64,000 bases of DNA from Gammaproteobacteria bacterium (GTDB lineage: Bacteria; Pseudomonadota; Gammaproteobacteria; JABABF01), in contig OZ250153.1 of assembly GCA_965237805.1 (NCBI GenBank), positions 832,001 through 896,000 of the forward strand, written 5' to 3'. The notes below the pieces were generated by a model. It saw nothing but the letters and a program-made list of their open reading frames with translations, did not search any database and was not told where the DNA came from. The position numbers were made by a program, and so were the translations under genes. Below, one piece after another: positions 15,641-26,300 of the stretch (position 1 is its first letter; every line of letters starts with the position of its first letter).

Positions 15641-16135
15641 ATGCGCGTCGGCCAAGGTTTCGATCTGCACCGCTTCGGCGAGGGCGACCACCTGATGCTC
15701 GGCGGTGTGCGCATCCCTTTCCACCGCGGCATCATCGCCCACTCCGATGGCGATGTGATCGCGCACGCCTTGGGCAACGCGGTGCTGGGCGGTGCGGGTC
15801 AAGGCGACATCGGCCACCATTTCCCCCCCGACGATGAACGCTGGCGTGACCTCAGCGGCATGACCCTGCTGCGGCATTGTCGGCGTATCGCCGGGGACGT
15901 TGGCCTGCGAGTCATCAACGCCGATGTGAGCGTGTTGGCAGAACGCCCCCGGGTGGCCGACCACGCAACTGCTATGCGCCGCCAGATCGCCGACTGCTTG
16001 GGACTGCCACTAACAGCGGTCAACATCAAGGCCAGCACCACCGAGGGACTGGGTGCGATCGGCCGCGGCGAGGCACTGGCCGCGCTGGCAGTGGCCTTGC
16101 TCGACACGATAGAGCTCACTGATGCCCCAACCTGA
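15641..16135 (+). CDS. ispF: 2-C-methyl-D-erythritol 2,4-cyclodiphosphate synthase
   Basis: MRVGQGFDLH, HSDGDV, GDIGHHFP, KASTTEGLG. Confidence 0.96.
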   Translation: MRVGQGFDLHRFGEGDHLMLGGVRIPFHRGIIAHSDGDVIAHALGNAVLGGAGQGDIGHHFPPDDERWRDLSGMTLLRHCRRIAGDVGLRVINADVSVLAERPRVADHATAMRRQIADCLGLPLTAVNIKASTTEGLGAIGRGEALAALAVALLDTIELTDAPT

Positions 16136-16811
16136 TCCGGTGGATATCGGCGGCCTTGGCCTGACCTCAGCGCACAGCCGTGGAGCGCTGGTCAAGCTAT
16201 TGCAGGAGCAGGGTATCGATGACCCACAGGTGCTCGCCGTCATGCGCCAAGTGCCGCGGCATATCTTCGTCGAGGAGGCGCTGGCACACCGTGCCTATAA
16301 GAACACAGCGCTGCCGATCGGCTACCGCCAAACCATCTCCCAGCCCTATATCGTCGGGCTGATGACCCAGCTATTGCTGGCTCCACAAGAGGGCGCGCCA
16401 CCGCCCCGTCAAGTGCTGGAAATCGGCACTGGCTCTGGCTACCAAACCGCCGTGCTGGCGCTACTGGTGCCGCAGGTCTACAGCATTGAGCGCATCGCCG
16501 AGCTCAAGCGGCGGGCGCGCAGACGCCTACAACGCATCGGCGTGCACAACATCTCCCTGCGCCACAGCGACGGCCACGAGGGCTGGCCGAGCAAAGCTCC
16601 CTTCGATGCCATCATGGTGACGGCGGCGGCCGCCACGCCGCCGACGACACTGTTGAAGCAGTTGGCCGAGGGCGGTCGGCTGGTCATCCCCGAGCAGTGT
16701 GGTGAGGCGCAGTCGCTGTGCATCTACCACAAGCGGGACGGGCAGTGCCAGCGCCGTGCTGTGGAGGCTGTGCGCTTCGTGCCCCTGCGCCCAGGGGTGG
16801 AACGCGCCTAA
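16122..16811 (+). CDS. pcm: Protein-L-isoaspartate O-methyltransferase
   Basis: VPRHIFV, QTISQP, VLEIGTGSGYQ, APFDAI, VRFVPL. Confidence 0.95.
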   Translation: MPQPDPVDIGGLGLTSAHSRGALVKLLQEQGIDDPQVLAVMRQVPRHIFVEEALAHRAYKNTALPIGYRQTISQPYIVGLMTQLLLAPQEGAPPPRQVLEIGTGSGYQTAVLALLVPQVYSIERIAELKRRARRRLQRIGVHNISLRHSDGHEGWPSKAPFDAIMVTAAAATPPTTLLKQLAEGGRLVIPEQCGEAQSLCIYHKRDGQCQRRAVEAVRFVPLRPGVERA

Positions 16812-16936
16812 GCATCCAAGGCGATGCCGGTCCACAAAACGGATTGGCACTCTCACTTAGCGTGATGATCTGAATGGGAACTATATACATGTTGTCGCAG
16901 GCACTAAGGGGGGGTGACAGTTAGAGCTAGCCACAC

Positions 16937-17137
16937 ATGAGCCGCAGAATGTCATCCGCCAGCAGACTTAACGGTAGTGCAGACGCGCTTGCTGGAGCCT
17001 TCCGCAAGGTCATTGAAGCAGCCATTGGGGAGGCGCAAGAGCCTGTTGTCAATTTGATTGGAGAGGTGGAAACAAGGCTTGCCAATAAGATTGACGCGGC
17101 GTGGAAACCACAAATAGCAATATGCAGGACAACTTGA
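16937..17137 (+). CDS. Small hypothetical helical protein, possibly frameshifted or truncated
   Basis: ATG-started 66-aa ORF with amphipathic helical composition in a lower-GC spacer; no recognisable motif. Confidence 0.35.
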   Translation: MSRRMSSASRLNGSADALAGAFRKVIEAAIGEAQEPVVNLIGEVETRLANKIDAAWKPQIAICRTT

Positions 17138-17442
17138 CGAACCGAGAAAGGAGTTTTCCCAATGCCAGTAGTGAGGTCATTGGGGACACTCTGGCTCAAG
17201 GCCTTGCTGGCGCGCCCGTAGGCTGTTCCCCCCCGCTCCACTACAACCCAAACCCTCTACGCTTGCCCCGTTGAGGCTCAACTGGCGCACCCTTACTCTG
17301 CGGCTTGGGTAGAGCCAACAACCCTCGGATTGTCCGGTCTATCGCCTGCTGACGGCTCACTTGTAGGTGGCTGGATTCGATATGTCAAGCTGGCAGGCGG
17401 CGCAGATCAGCGCTGTTTAATCGGCGAACAACTGCTCCACCC

Positions 17443-17522
17443 CCCCCCTGCCCGCACTACCGGTGCTGGAAGCCCTAGTGGGGGTGCTCACCGACGACGA
17501 CCACCACTGGAAAGAACTGGCA
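17443..17522 (+). repeat. Degenerate direct copy of an ispD internal fragment (15053-15132)
   Basis: Manual ungapped alignment 65/80 nt; translates PLPALPVLEALVGVLTDDDHHWKELA vs IspD PLLALPELTALVVALADDDRHWKELA. Confidence 0.85.
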
Positions 17523-17623
17523 ACGGTTGCGCCTCGTGCTGTTGCGTCCCGTGGTGGAGCGGGAGCGACACCGCCAGCTAGTCAGTGATAGCGCACACCA
17601 CCTCATCACAATTGGCCCCAAAA

Positions 17624-20600
17624 TTAGGCACCGTTACTACATATTGGAGCGCTAGATGAATAGACTTTGAGTGTGATGTCGAGGCTAGCGCCTTCATCAT
17701 GGAGTGGGTCTATATACATCACCATGAAAGTGTACTCGTCATCCGCAAGCTGCGCCTGCAGATCAGCATTGGAGCGATCGACCACCAGCATCGGCAAGTC
17801 ATTAGTCTGTGAAGTTGCGACCACCGACACCCCGAGCGGCGGCATCATCATATTGGTCTGAGACAGATCCATCAGTTTGAACTGCGTCCAATCCAAAACA
17901 GCACCATCGACATCCGTCGCCCGCAATCGTGGGACAGTGGTAGCGGGGAAGTTAAGCGGTTGCGGATCGCCCGGACAGAGCTCGAACTCTGTGTCACCAG
18001 CATAGCTTGGACCAGCGCGGTCACTCACCCCAATTAACAACGTTATCGAGAGAGAGGCTGCACCTTCTGTGAGCTGCACCACCACGCTGTGCGTTGAACT
18101 CTGCTCAAAATCTAGCGTCCCCGTGGTGATCAATAGAGGTGACACACCATCCAACGATGCCACGATGGCCGCAGCTGTCAACGCCACCGAATCAATCGAT
18201 GAAATTGCGAAGTGTGTCCAGTCCAAGACCTGTTGGTCGCGCTCCGCGCCAAAGCCGGAAAAGCTATTGTGCCTCCCGGCATGCTCTTCGATGGAGAAAG
18301 TCGACACACCTGTGAAGAGCAATGGACCAGCGCTCGTCCGCTCCACGCCATAGCAGTTGTCCGATGTGTCCGTTTCCTCAGCAGCTTCATCCGCACAGGC
18401 CACCACTACATACTGCTGGGCAAGGCTCAGGTTGGCGGGCAGGATGCAGTCGAAAGCTAGTTGTAGCGAACTCCCTGGGGTGGTCGCTGCTGGTACTGCG
18501 CAAAACGGAACTCTCGGCCGCCCGCGCGCTACTGAGGTAGCCCGGAATATTTTGCTCGTCCTCGCTCCGGCGTCTGTGCCGGATGCAGGCGCAAGCTCAG
18601 CGTCGATGCTGCCACCGGCCAGTTGCTCTCATTGGCAACCGTCGCCGTGACCGCGAGCGTCTGTCCGGCCTCCAGCAAGGCACCGCTATTAGCTAGCGCC
18701 AATGCCTGCACCACCAAGTCCGGCGGCACATCGCTATTGCGCTCGAAGCCATAGCAGTTGTTGGCATCGTTCGTCTCATCGGTGACGAGATCCGCACAGG
18801 CCACCAACAAATACTTCTTGGCGGGCGTCAGGCTACTGGGCAAGGTGCAGCTAAGCGACACGCTCACTGGCCCTGCCGAAGCCGCCTGCTCTGCCACTGA
18901 GCCGGTGCAAAAGGCGCTCTGGGATGCGTCAGCACTGCTCAAATAGTGGGGGAGCACCTGATCGTGAAAAGTCTCATTGTCCGCAAGCACCTGAGGCGCA
19001 TCATGCAAACGCAACTGCAATGTCGTCGCTGGCACCGTGAATCTCCCCACATTGGCGACCTCCACCGTGACTGGCAAAGACGCCCCGGGAACCAGCAAGG
19101 CACCGCTGTTGTTCAGCGCAAAGGACTGCACCGCCATGTCTGGCCTATCGCTATTGCGCTCAACACCGTAGCAGTTATTGTCCTTGCTCTCGCTGGCAGC
19201 AGCATCCAAGCAGGCCACCAACACATACTCTTGGGCTGGCGCGATAGCGGTGGGCAGGGTACAGCTCAGCGATACACTCACCGGACTCGCCGAGACGCTT
19301 TGCGCCGCCACTGGCTGTTCGCAGAACACGCTCTCGCTCGCCGCCCGCGCACTGTCCAAGTAGCCGGGAATGTAGCCGGGAATGTTTTGATTGTGCTCAC
19401 TCAGCGATTGCGCTGTATGCAAGCGTAGCCGCAGCGTTGTCGCCGGTGCCGTGAAGGGACTCACATTGTCGACCCCCACCGTGATCGTCACGGCGGCTCC
19501 GGGGGTCAGCAAGGCACCGTTATTGTTCAGCGCCATGGACTGCACCGCCCAGTCCGTCGCAGCGCTGCGACGGACTCTGCCGTAGCAGTTGTTCAACTCA
19601 TTCGATTCAGCGTCGTCGGCATCCAAGCACGCCACCAACAAATAGTCCGTATTCGCTACCAAGTTCGCGGGCAAGCTACACGTCAACAGGGAGTCTAACT
19701 GCCCCCCGGCACTTAGGGACGGCACAGATTGTGTGCAAAACGCGCTCTTGGCTGCCCGCGTGCTACCTGGATAGCCCGAGATGCTGTGATCGTCGAAGCT
19801 CGCATCACCGGCCTCCGCCCGATGCAAACGCAACTGCAATGTCGTCGTTGGCACCGTGAAGCTCCCCACATTGGCGACCCCTACCGTGACTGGCAAAGAC
19901 GCCCCGGGAACCAACAATGCACCGCTGTTGTTCAGCGCAAAGGACTGCACCGCCATGTCTGTCGCGCTACTCTTGCGCTCCACACCATAGCAGTTATTCG
20001 TATTCGACGATGTGTCCGGCTCATTGGCAACCGCATCCAAACAGGCCACCAGCACATACTCTTGGTCTGGCAAGATATCGGTGGGCAGAGTGCAGCTCAG
20101 CGATACGCCCACCGGACTCGCCGAGGCGCTGCGCGCCGCCACCGACTGTTCACAAAACGGACTTTCGGCAGCCCGCACACTGCCCAAGTAGCCGGGGATG
20201 TTTTGATTGTGCTCGCTACTACTGGGGTCCGGGGCATCTGTCAATGCCGACGTTTGCACCGGATGCAGACGCAAGCGCAATTCTGTCGCCGCCGCCGTAT
20301 CATTCCCGAGATTGGCAGTCCCTACCGTGATCGAAACTGATGCTCCGGACTCCAGTAAGGCTCCGCTGTTGTTCAGCACGATGGATTGCACAGCCCAGTC
20401 CCCAACCCCAAGGGCCACGACAGTCGTGCCAACACCCTCATCATGGCGCGTGTCTGTATACAACACCAAGAAGTGATGGCTACTACCGAGCTGCAGCTGC
20501 GGATTGGAGCGATCAACCACCAGTACTGGCGATGGATCGCTCGCCGAAGCGGCGGCAATGGACAGACCGGGAGGAGTCCCAAAAGTCATGAAAGAAAACA

Positions 20601-22987
20601 GGCCGAACTCGGTCCAGTCCAAGGCGACACCATCGGCATCCGTCGCACCCACATTGTAGAATTTCAGCTCGCCACTACCCGGCTCCACAAAGAAAGTTAG
20701 ATCGCCAGTGTAGCTCGGCCCGACACGGTCACTGACCTGCAACATCAACTGCAGCTGAATCGATGTCGATCCATGTGCAATACGCAACATCAATCTGTGC
20801 TCGGAGGCCTGTTCGAAGTCCAGCGTCCCCGTGGTCACCAGCATGGGTGACACTCCATCTGATGCCGCCACGATGGCCACCTCTGTCAACGCGACCGAAT
20901 CCACCAGCGACACCGAGAAGTGCGTCCAATCCAAACTCTGTTGATCGCGCGTCGCACTCAACCCGGCGAACTCATTGCGTTGCCCGGCATGCTCCTCAAC
21001 ATCAAAGACCGTTAACCCCGTGTAGACAATTGTTCCAGCACTCACCCGCTCGAAGCCATAGCAGTTATTGTCCCGGTTCAGCTCGTCGGTGACGGCATCC
21101 AAGCACGCCACGATCACATAGAGCTGTTGGTGCACAATGCTGCCGGGAAGCGTGCAGGAAAACTGCAAACTCTGCAGACTGCCAGAGGCGGCTTGCGCCG
21201 CCACCGACTGTTCGCAAAACGGGCTCTCGGCCACCCGTGTGTTGCTGCTGTCCAAAGTAGCCCGCAATGTTTTGCCCGTGCTCACTCGGCGATTGTGCCG
21301 GGTGCAAACGCAACCGTAGCGTTGTCGCTGGCGCAGCCAAAAGCCCCATATTTTGAACCCCCACAACCACCGGGAGCACCACCCCAGCAGCGAGCGATGC
21401 ACCGCCATTCGACAACTCGACAGAGTGTACCGCCCAGTCCGGTTCACCGTGGATCTCGCGCACCGTTCCATAGCAGTTATTCGAGGTGTCCACCTCGCCA
21501 GCAACTCTGTCGACACAGGCCACCAACAAATACTCGCTACCCGCAACTAAATCCCCGGGCAGATCACAGCTCAGCCATAGACGCGCCGACTCGGCGGCAA
21601 CAAGCTGTTGGCACATAGCATCGGCGGGTTGCGCCGTGTCCAAGTAACCGGGAATATACTGGTTGTGGTAATCCGGGTCGCCCGACGCGTGCGCCTGTAA
21701 CCACACCCGCAAGTGCGCGGTCGATGGCATCGTCACGCCTTGATTGAACGCCAAGTCCGCATAGAGCAGAACCGTATCCCCGGGCTCGATCTGCTGATCA
21801 ATCAGCACCAGCGACTGCACATCCCCATCCACTGGCGGGGCACTCCGGCGAATCAAGCCGTAACAGTTGTCACTCAGATCACTCTCGTCGACAACCGCAT
21901 CCAAGCACGCCACCAGCAAATAGTCGGCACTGGGCTCCAAAGCTGGCAGACTGCAGGCGACAAACTCCGAGGAGTTCTCCGTCAGGGGGCCACGGGAACA
22001 AAAATGGGGGTCTGCCCCCGTCAGCAAGCCTCTGTCCAAGTATCCCGGAAGCTGCTCGTTGTAAAGTGCATCGCCAAGCTCCAAGCGCTGCAACGCCAGC
22101 CGCCAATCCGTTGGCAACTGCACATGGTGCGCTGGCAAAACCCCGCCCGACAACACATCGATGCTTGCCCCAGAACGCAACACCGTCGTGCTAAACGAAT
22201 TCTCTAATTCAGCTGCCAGCACCACCGGCTGGATCGTCCAGTTCACCGGCCTTGCTATTGTCCGGTATTGGGTCGCATTGCAGTTGTTGTCCCCGTCTTT
22301 CGCTCGCTCGGGCCACACCCTGTCGATGCAGGCAATCACCCAATAGTCTGCATCGTACGCCAAGTGATCTGGCAACTGACAAGTCATTCGAACCATCGCG
22401 TCATAGTTTTTGCCAGAAAGGGGGCCCAAGGTAGCCTGCGACACTGTTTTGAAACAGGAGTTGAGCTGAACCCGCTGGGCACGGAACACCCCGCCGTTGT
22501 CGCCGTAACCGTCGATCTGGAATGGGCGACCTAGGTTGTAGTTCCGGTCAGCTGGAGACACCGGCTGCAAGGCAATCCGCAGCGTCGACCAAGTTGCGCC
22601 GCCATAATAGCTGGATTTCGCATAATTGGCTATGAATACGGCAAAAGTACGCGTCTCGCCGGGGGCGATCATATTCTCCGCCCGTAGCGCCGCCTGATAA
22701 CTGAAACGAGCCCGACGATAATAATCCCACACGGTGTAAGTTGTCACCCCCGAGGGGAGCACCCGCGGCTGCGCACCCACCAACCAGTCCGGGGTGATCC
22801 AAGACGGCTCTTCTCCTCTGTGCCAGCTGCCGAACGCATTGGCATCCGCGGCACCGGTCGGGCCAAAGTTGAGTACAGCGACGCAGAACGCCACCGCCAG
22901 CAAGGGCAGCGGCATGATCCAAGACCGCACCCGCAACAGCGGGGGCACGGGTCGCATGTGCAGGGGGGGCAGCATGGCAACAAGCAT
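17624..22987 (-). pseudogene. Large secreted repeat protein (9 Cys-paired CARDB/Ig-like units + 2 cadherin-like modules, ~1,780 aa reconstructed) split by three +1 frameshifts (real or sequencing error)
   Basis: ORFs 21065-22987, 18529-21546 and 17624-18406 share units D(W/M)AVQS...LRLRLH...PGYL...FC...SC.LP...Y.LVAC.D...E....NNCYG and LDFEQ...VSDR modules; N-terminal signal-like stretch; extra bases at ~21255, ~18568, ~18510. Confidence 0.8.
19003..20215. repeat. Recent ~820-bp-period direct repeat within the repeat-protein gene
   Basis: 19003-19140 is nearly identical to 19822-19959, with similarity continuing ~250 nt further; 12-bp tandem GTAGCCGGGAAT x2 at 19360-19383 (IPGY-IPGY). Confidence 0.85.
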
Positions 22988-23352
22988 AACACCCTATATA
23001 CGCAATTTACTTGTGCATCCCTCGCCAGCCGCCCAATACCCTACGGTTGGAAGATTGCTCACCAAGACACGGGCAAATTGTAACAGAATGTCAAGTGGCT
23101 TGCCACTCCTTCCCACAGTCAGCCAAGACTTATCAAATTATCGGGTTATTCTGGAACAGAAAGTGTTACGATATTGGCTCATAAACGCAGCGTGGTGAAT
23201 GGCTGCACAATGGGCAACACGCAGCGTACACAGCCGAGCCCTGCGCATCGCCTGACGGGCAGGCAACCAAGCTCCCAGGTACAGCTCCATCCCAGCTCGG
23301 TTAAAATAATTGACCAACCGCCCATCGTGCGCCGCGCCATTTCAAGCAGGCG

Positions 23353-26300
23353 GTGCATGCTCTAAAGACCGTGTCGCAACCAGTCCCCGCACCGACCAGA
23401 CCCATCTCCTCGGACAGCTGCGGTATCGGCCTGATCGCGCAGCTCAAGGGACAGCCCTCACACGCCATCCTCAGCCAATCGCTCGAAGCGCTACGGCGCA
23501 TGGCACACCGCGGCGGCATCAACGCCGATGGTCGCACTGGCGACGGTTGCGGGGTGCTGATGCAAAAACCAGACACATTCCTGCGCACCGTAGCCGATGA
23601 GGCCGGCTGGACGCTGGCGAGCGCCTACGCAGTCGGCACCATCTTCCTGAGCCGCGATGCCGCATACAGTAAGCGCGGGCGCGAGACACTGGAGCGCTGC
23701 TTGGCCGCTGAGGGATTGCAGGTGCTGGGCTGGCGACCGGTGCCGATACGTGAGCAACACTGCGGCGAGCTAGCTCAGCTGTGTCGGCCCACAATTGAGC
23801 AGCTATTTGTCAACCTCCCCGAGAACTGGGACGAGGCGCATGCAGCCGCCCGGCTCTTCGTCGCCCGCAAGCGGGCGGAACTGTTGCTCACCGACGACCC
23901 GGACTTCCAAGTGTGCAGCCTCGCTACCGGCGTCATCAGCTACAAGGCGCTCAGCAACGCCGAGGATTTCGCCGCATTCTTCCCTGATCTGAGCGACCCG
24001 CGACTGCAGACGGCGATCGCCACCTTTCACCTGCGCTATTCCACCAACACTTTGCCGCACTGGGCCCTGGCGCAGCCTTTCCGCCTGCTGGCGCACAACG
24101 GCGAGATCAATACCATCGTCGGCAACCGCAACTGGGCCCAAATCTGTGGTGCCAAATTGCGCGGCGAGCTGTTGCCGGAGCTGGATGAGCTGGGGTCGCT
24201 GGTCAACCAAGACGGCTCCGATTCCTCGGCGCTGGACAATATGCTGGAGCTGCTGTGTACCGGCGGTGTCGATCTGTTCCGGGCGCTACGGTTGCTGCTA
24301 CCCCCCGCTTGGCAGCAGCAGATGCACCCCGATATGAGCCCCGCACAACGCGCCTTCTACGAGTACCACGCAACGCATATGGAGCCGTGGGACGGGCCGA
24401 CCAGCATCGTGCTCACCGAGGGTCGGTACGCGGTCTGCCTGCTCGACCGCAACGGCCTGCGCCCGGTACGCTATGAAATCACACGTGACGATGTGATCAC
24501 CATTGCCTCCGAGACCGGCGTGCGCACACGCGACGATGCCGATGTGGTGACCGCTGGCAGGCTCGGCCCCGGCGGCATCCTCGCCGTCGACACCGCCAGC
24601 GGCCAACTGTTGCACTCCTACGACATAGAAGAACGACTGGCACGGCAGCATCCCTACCAACAATGGCTCGCGGAGCGTGTCCACACGCTGCAGCCGCTGA
24701 CTGATGCCGCACCCAAGCATTGCGAGGCACCGCTGGCAGTGCAGATGAAGCAGTTCGAGTTCAGTGCCGAGGAAGCCGATCAGGTGTTGGCTCCGCTGGC
24801 CAACGCCGGGCAGGAGGCAACCAGCTCGATGGGCGACGACCTGCCGAGCGCCGTTCTGTCGATCCGTGTGCGCCCGCTCTACGATTACTTCCGCCAACAA
24901 TTTGCGCAGGTGACCAATCCGGCGATCGACCCACTGCGCGAGACTTTGGTGATGTCCTTGCGCACTTGGCTCGCCTCGAAGGGCAATCTGTTGCACCCCG
25001 GACCGGAGCAAGCCGAACGCATCGCCCTGCCATCGCCGATACTGCTACCCGAAGAATTCGCCGCGCTGGGCGCCTTGGAAACGCGCTGGGCACCGCGGGA
25101 ATTGCTTGCCGGTAGCCATGCGGTCGGGCAGCCCGGCAGCTTGGCGGCAGCGCTGGACGCACTGGCCGACGAGGCCGAGCAAGTAGCGCGGGACGGGACT
25201 GCCACGCTGCTACTGGCCGACTGGGGCCTCGCCCCCGACCGGGTGCCAATCCACAGCCTGCTGGCTGTTGGTGCCGTGCACACCCGTCTGATAGAGTGCA
25301 AATTGCGTGGCGATGTCAATCTGATCGTGGCCAGCGGCAGCGCCCGCGATGCCCACCAAATCGCCACCCTATTCGGCTACGGCGCGACCGCGGTCTACCC
25401 GCATTTAGCCTATCCGCTGATCGAAGGCTTGGCGGCGGGCGGACAGACCGTGTGTGCCGCCGCCGAGGCGTGCGCCAACTACCGCCACGGCATCGAGAAA
25501 GGCCTGCTCAAGATCCTCTCCAAGATGGGCATCTCGGACATCTCCTCCTATCGCGGTGCGGCACTGTTCGAGGCGGTGGGGCTGTCTGCCGAGCTGGTAG
25601 CGCGTTGCTTCAAGGGCACCCCCAACACCATCGGCGGTGCCGATCTCAGCGATCTGGAGCGGGATGCCGAACAACTCGGGGAACTCGCTTGGCAACCATT
25701 GCGACCGCTGGAACGAGGCGGTTTGGGCAAGTTCGTATTCGACACCGAGTACCACGATTTCAATCCGGATGTGGTCAGCTCCTTGCAAAAATTTGCCGAC
25801 AGTGGCAAGCCGGAACGCTATCGCACATTCAAACAGACTGTGGAGGGGCGACCCGTGGCGATGCTACGCGACCTGTTGCGGCTACGTGACGACGCGGGGG
25901 ACAAAGCACTGCCGCTGGAGCAGGTAGAGCCGATGGCAGCGATCCTGCGGCGCTTCGACTCGGCGGGCATGTCGCTGGGAGCACTGTCGCCAGAAGCGCA
26001 TGAAGTGTTGGCGATGGCGATGAATCAGCTCGGCGGACGCTCGAACTGCGGCGAGGGCGGCGAGGATGCTGCCCGCTTCGGCACCGAGCGCAATTCCCGC
26101 ATCAAGCAGGTCGCCTCGGGACGCTTCGGCGTCACACCCCACTATCTGGTCAATGCCGAAGTGCTGCAGATCAAAATCGCCCAAGGGGCCAAGCCGGGCG
26201 AGGGCGGCCAGTTGCCCGGCAACAAGGTGGATGAACGCATCGCCGGTCTGCGGCATGTGCTGCCTGGCACCACGCTGATCTCCCCCTCACCACACCACGA

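Noticed and set aside
17220-17360. RNase P, SRP or 6S RNA
   Set aside because: Lacks hallmark motifs such as GAGGAAAGTCC or the SRP GGAAG-AGCAG loop.
17624-22987. CRISPR array or non-coding repeat array
   Set aside because: The repeats are long, in-frame protein-domain repeats; no short repeat-spacer periodicity or cas genes were seen anywhere in the window.
23085-23106. Sigma54 promoter upstream of the repeat-protein gene (TGGCAA-N5-TTGA on the minus strand)
   Set aside because: The invariant -12 GC is absent; an extended -10 (TGTTACAAT) is an alternative but too weak to list.
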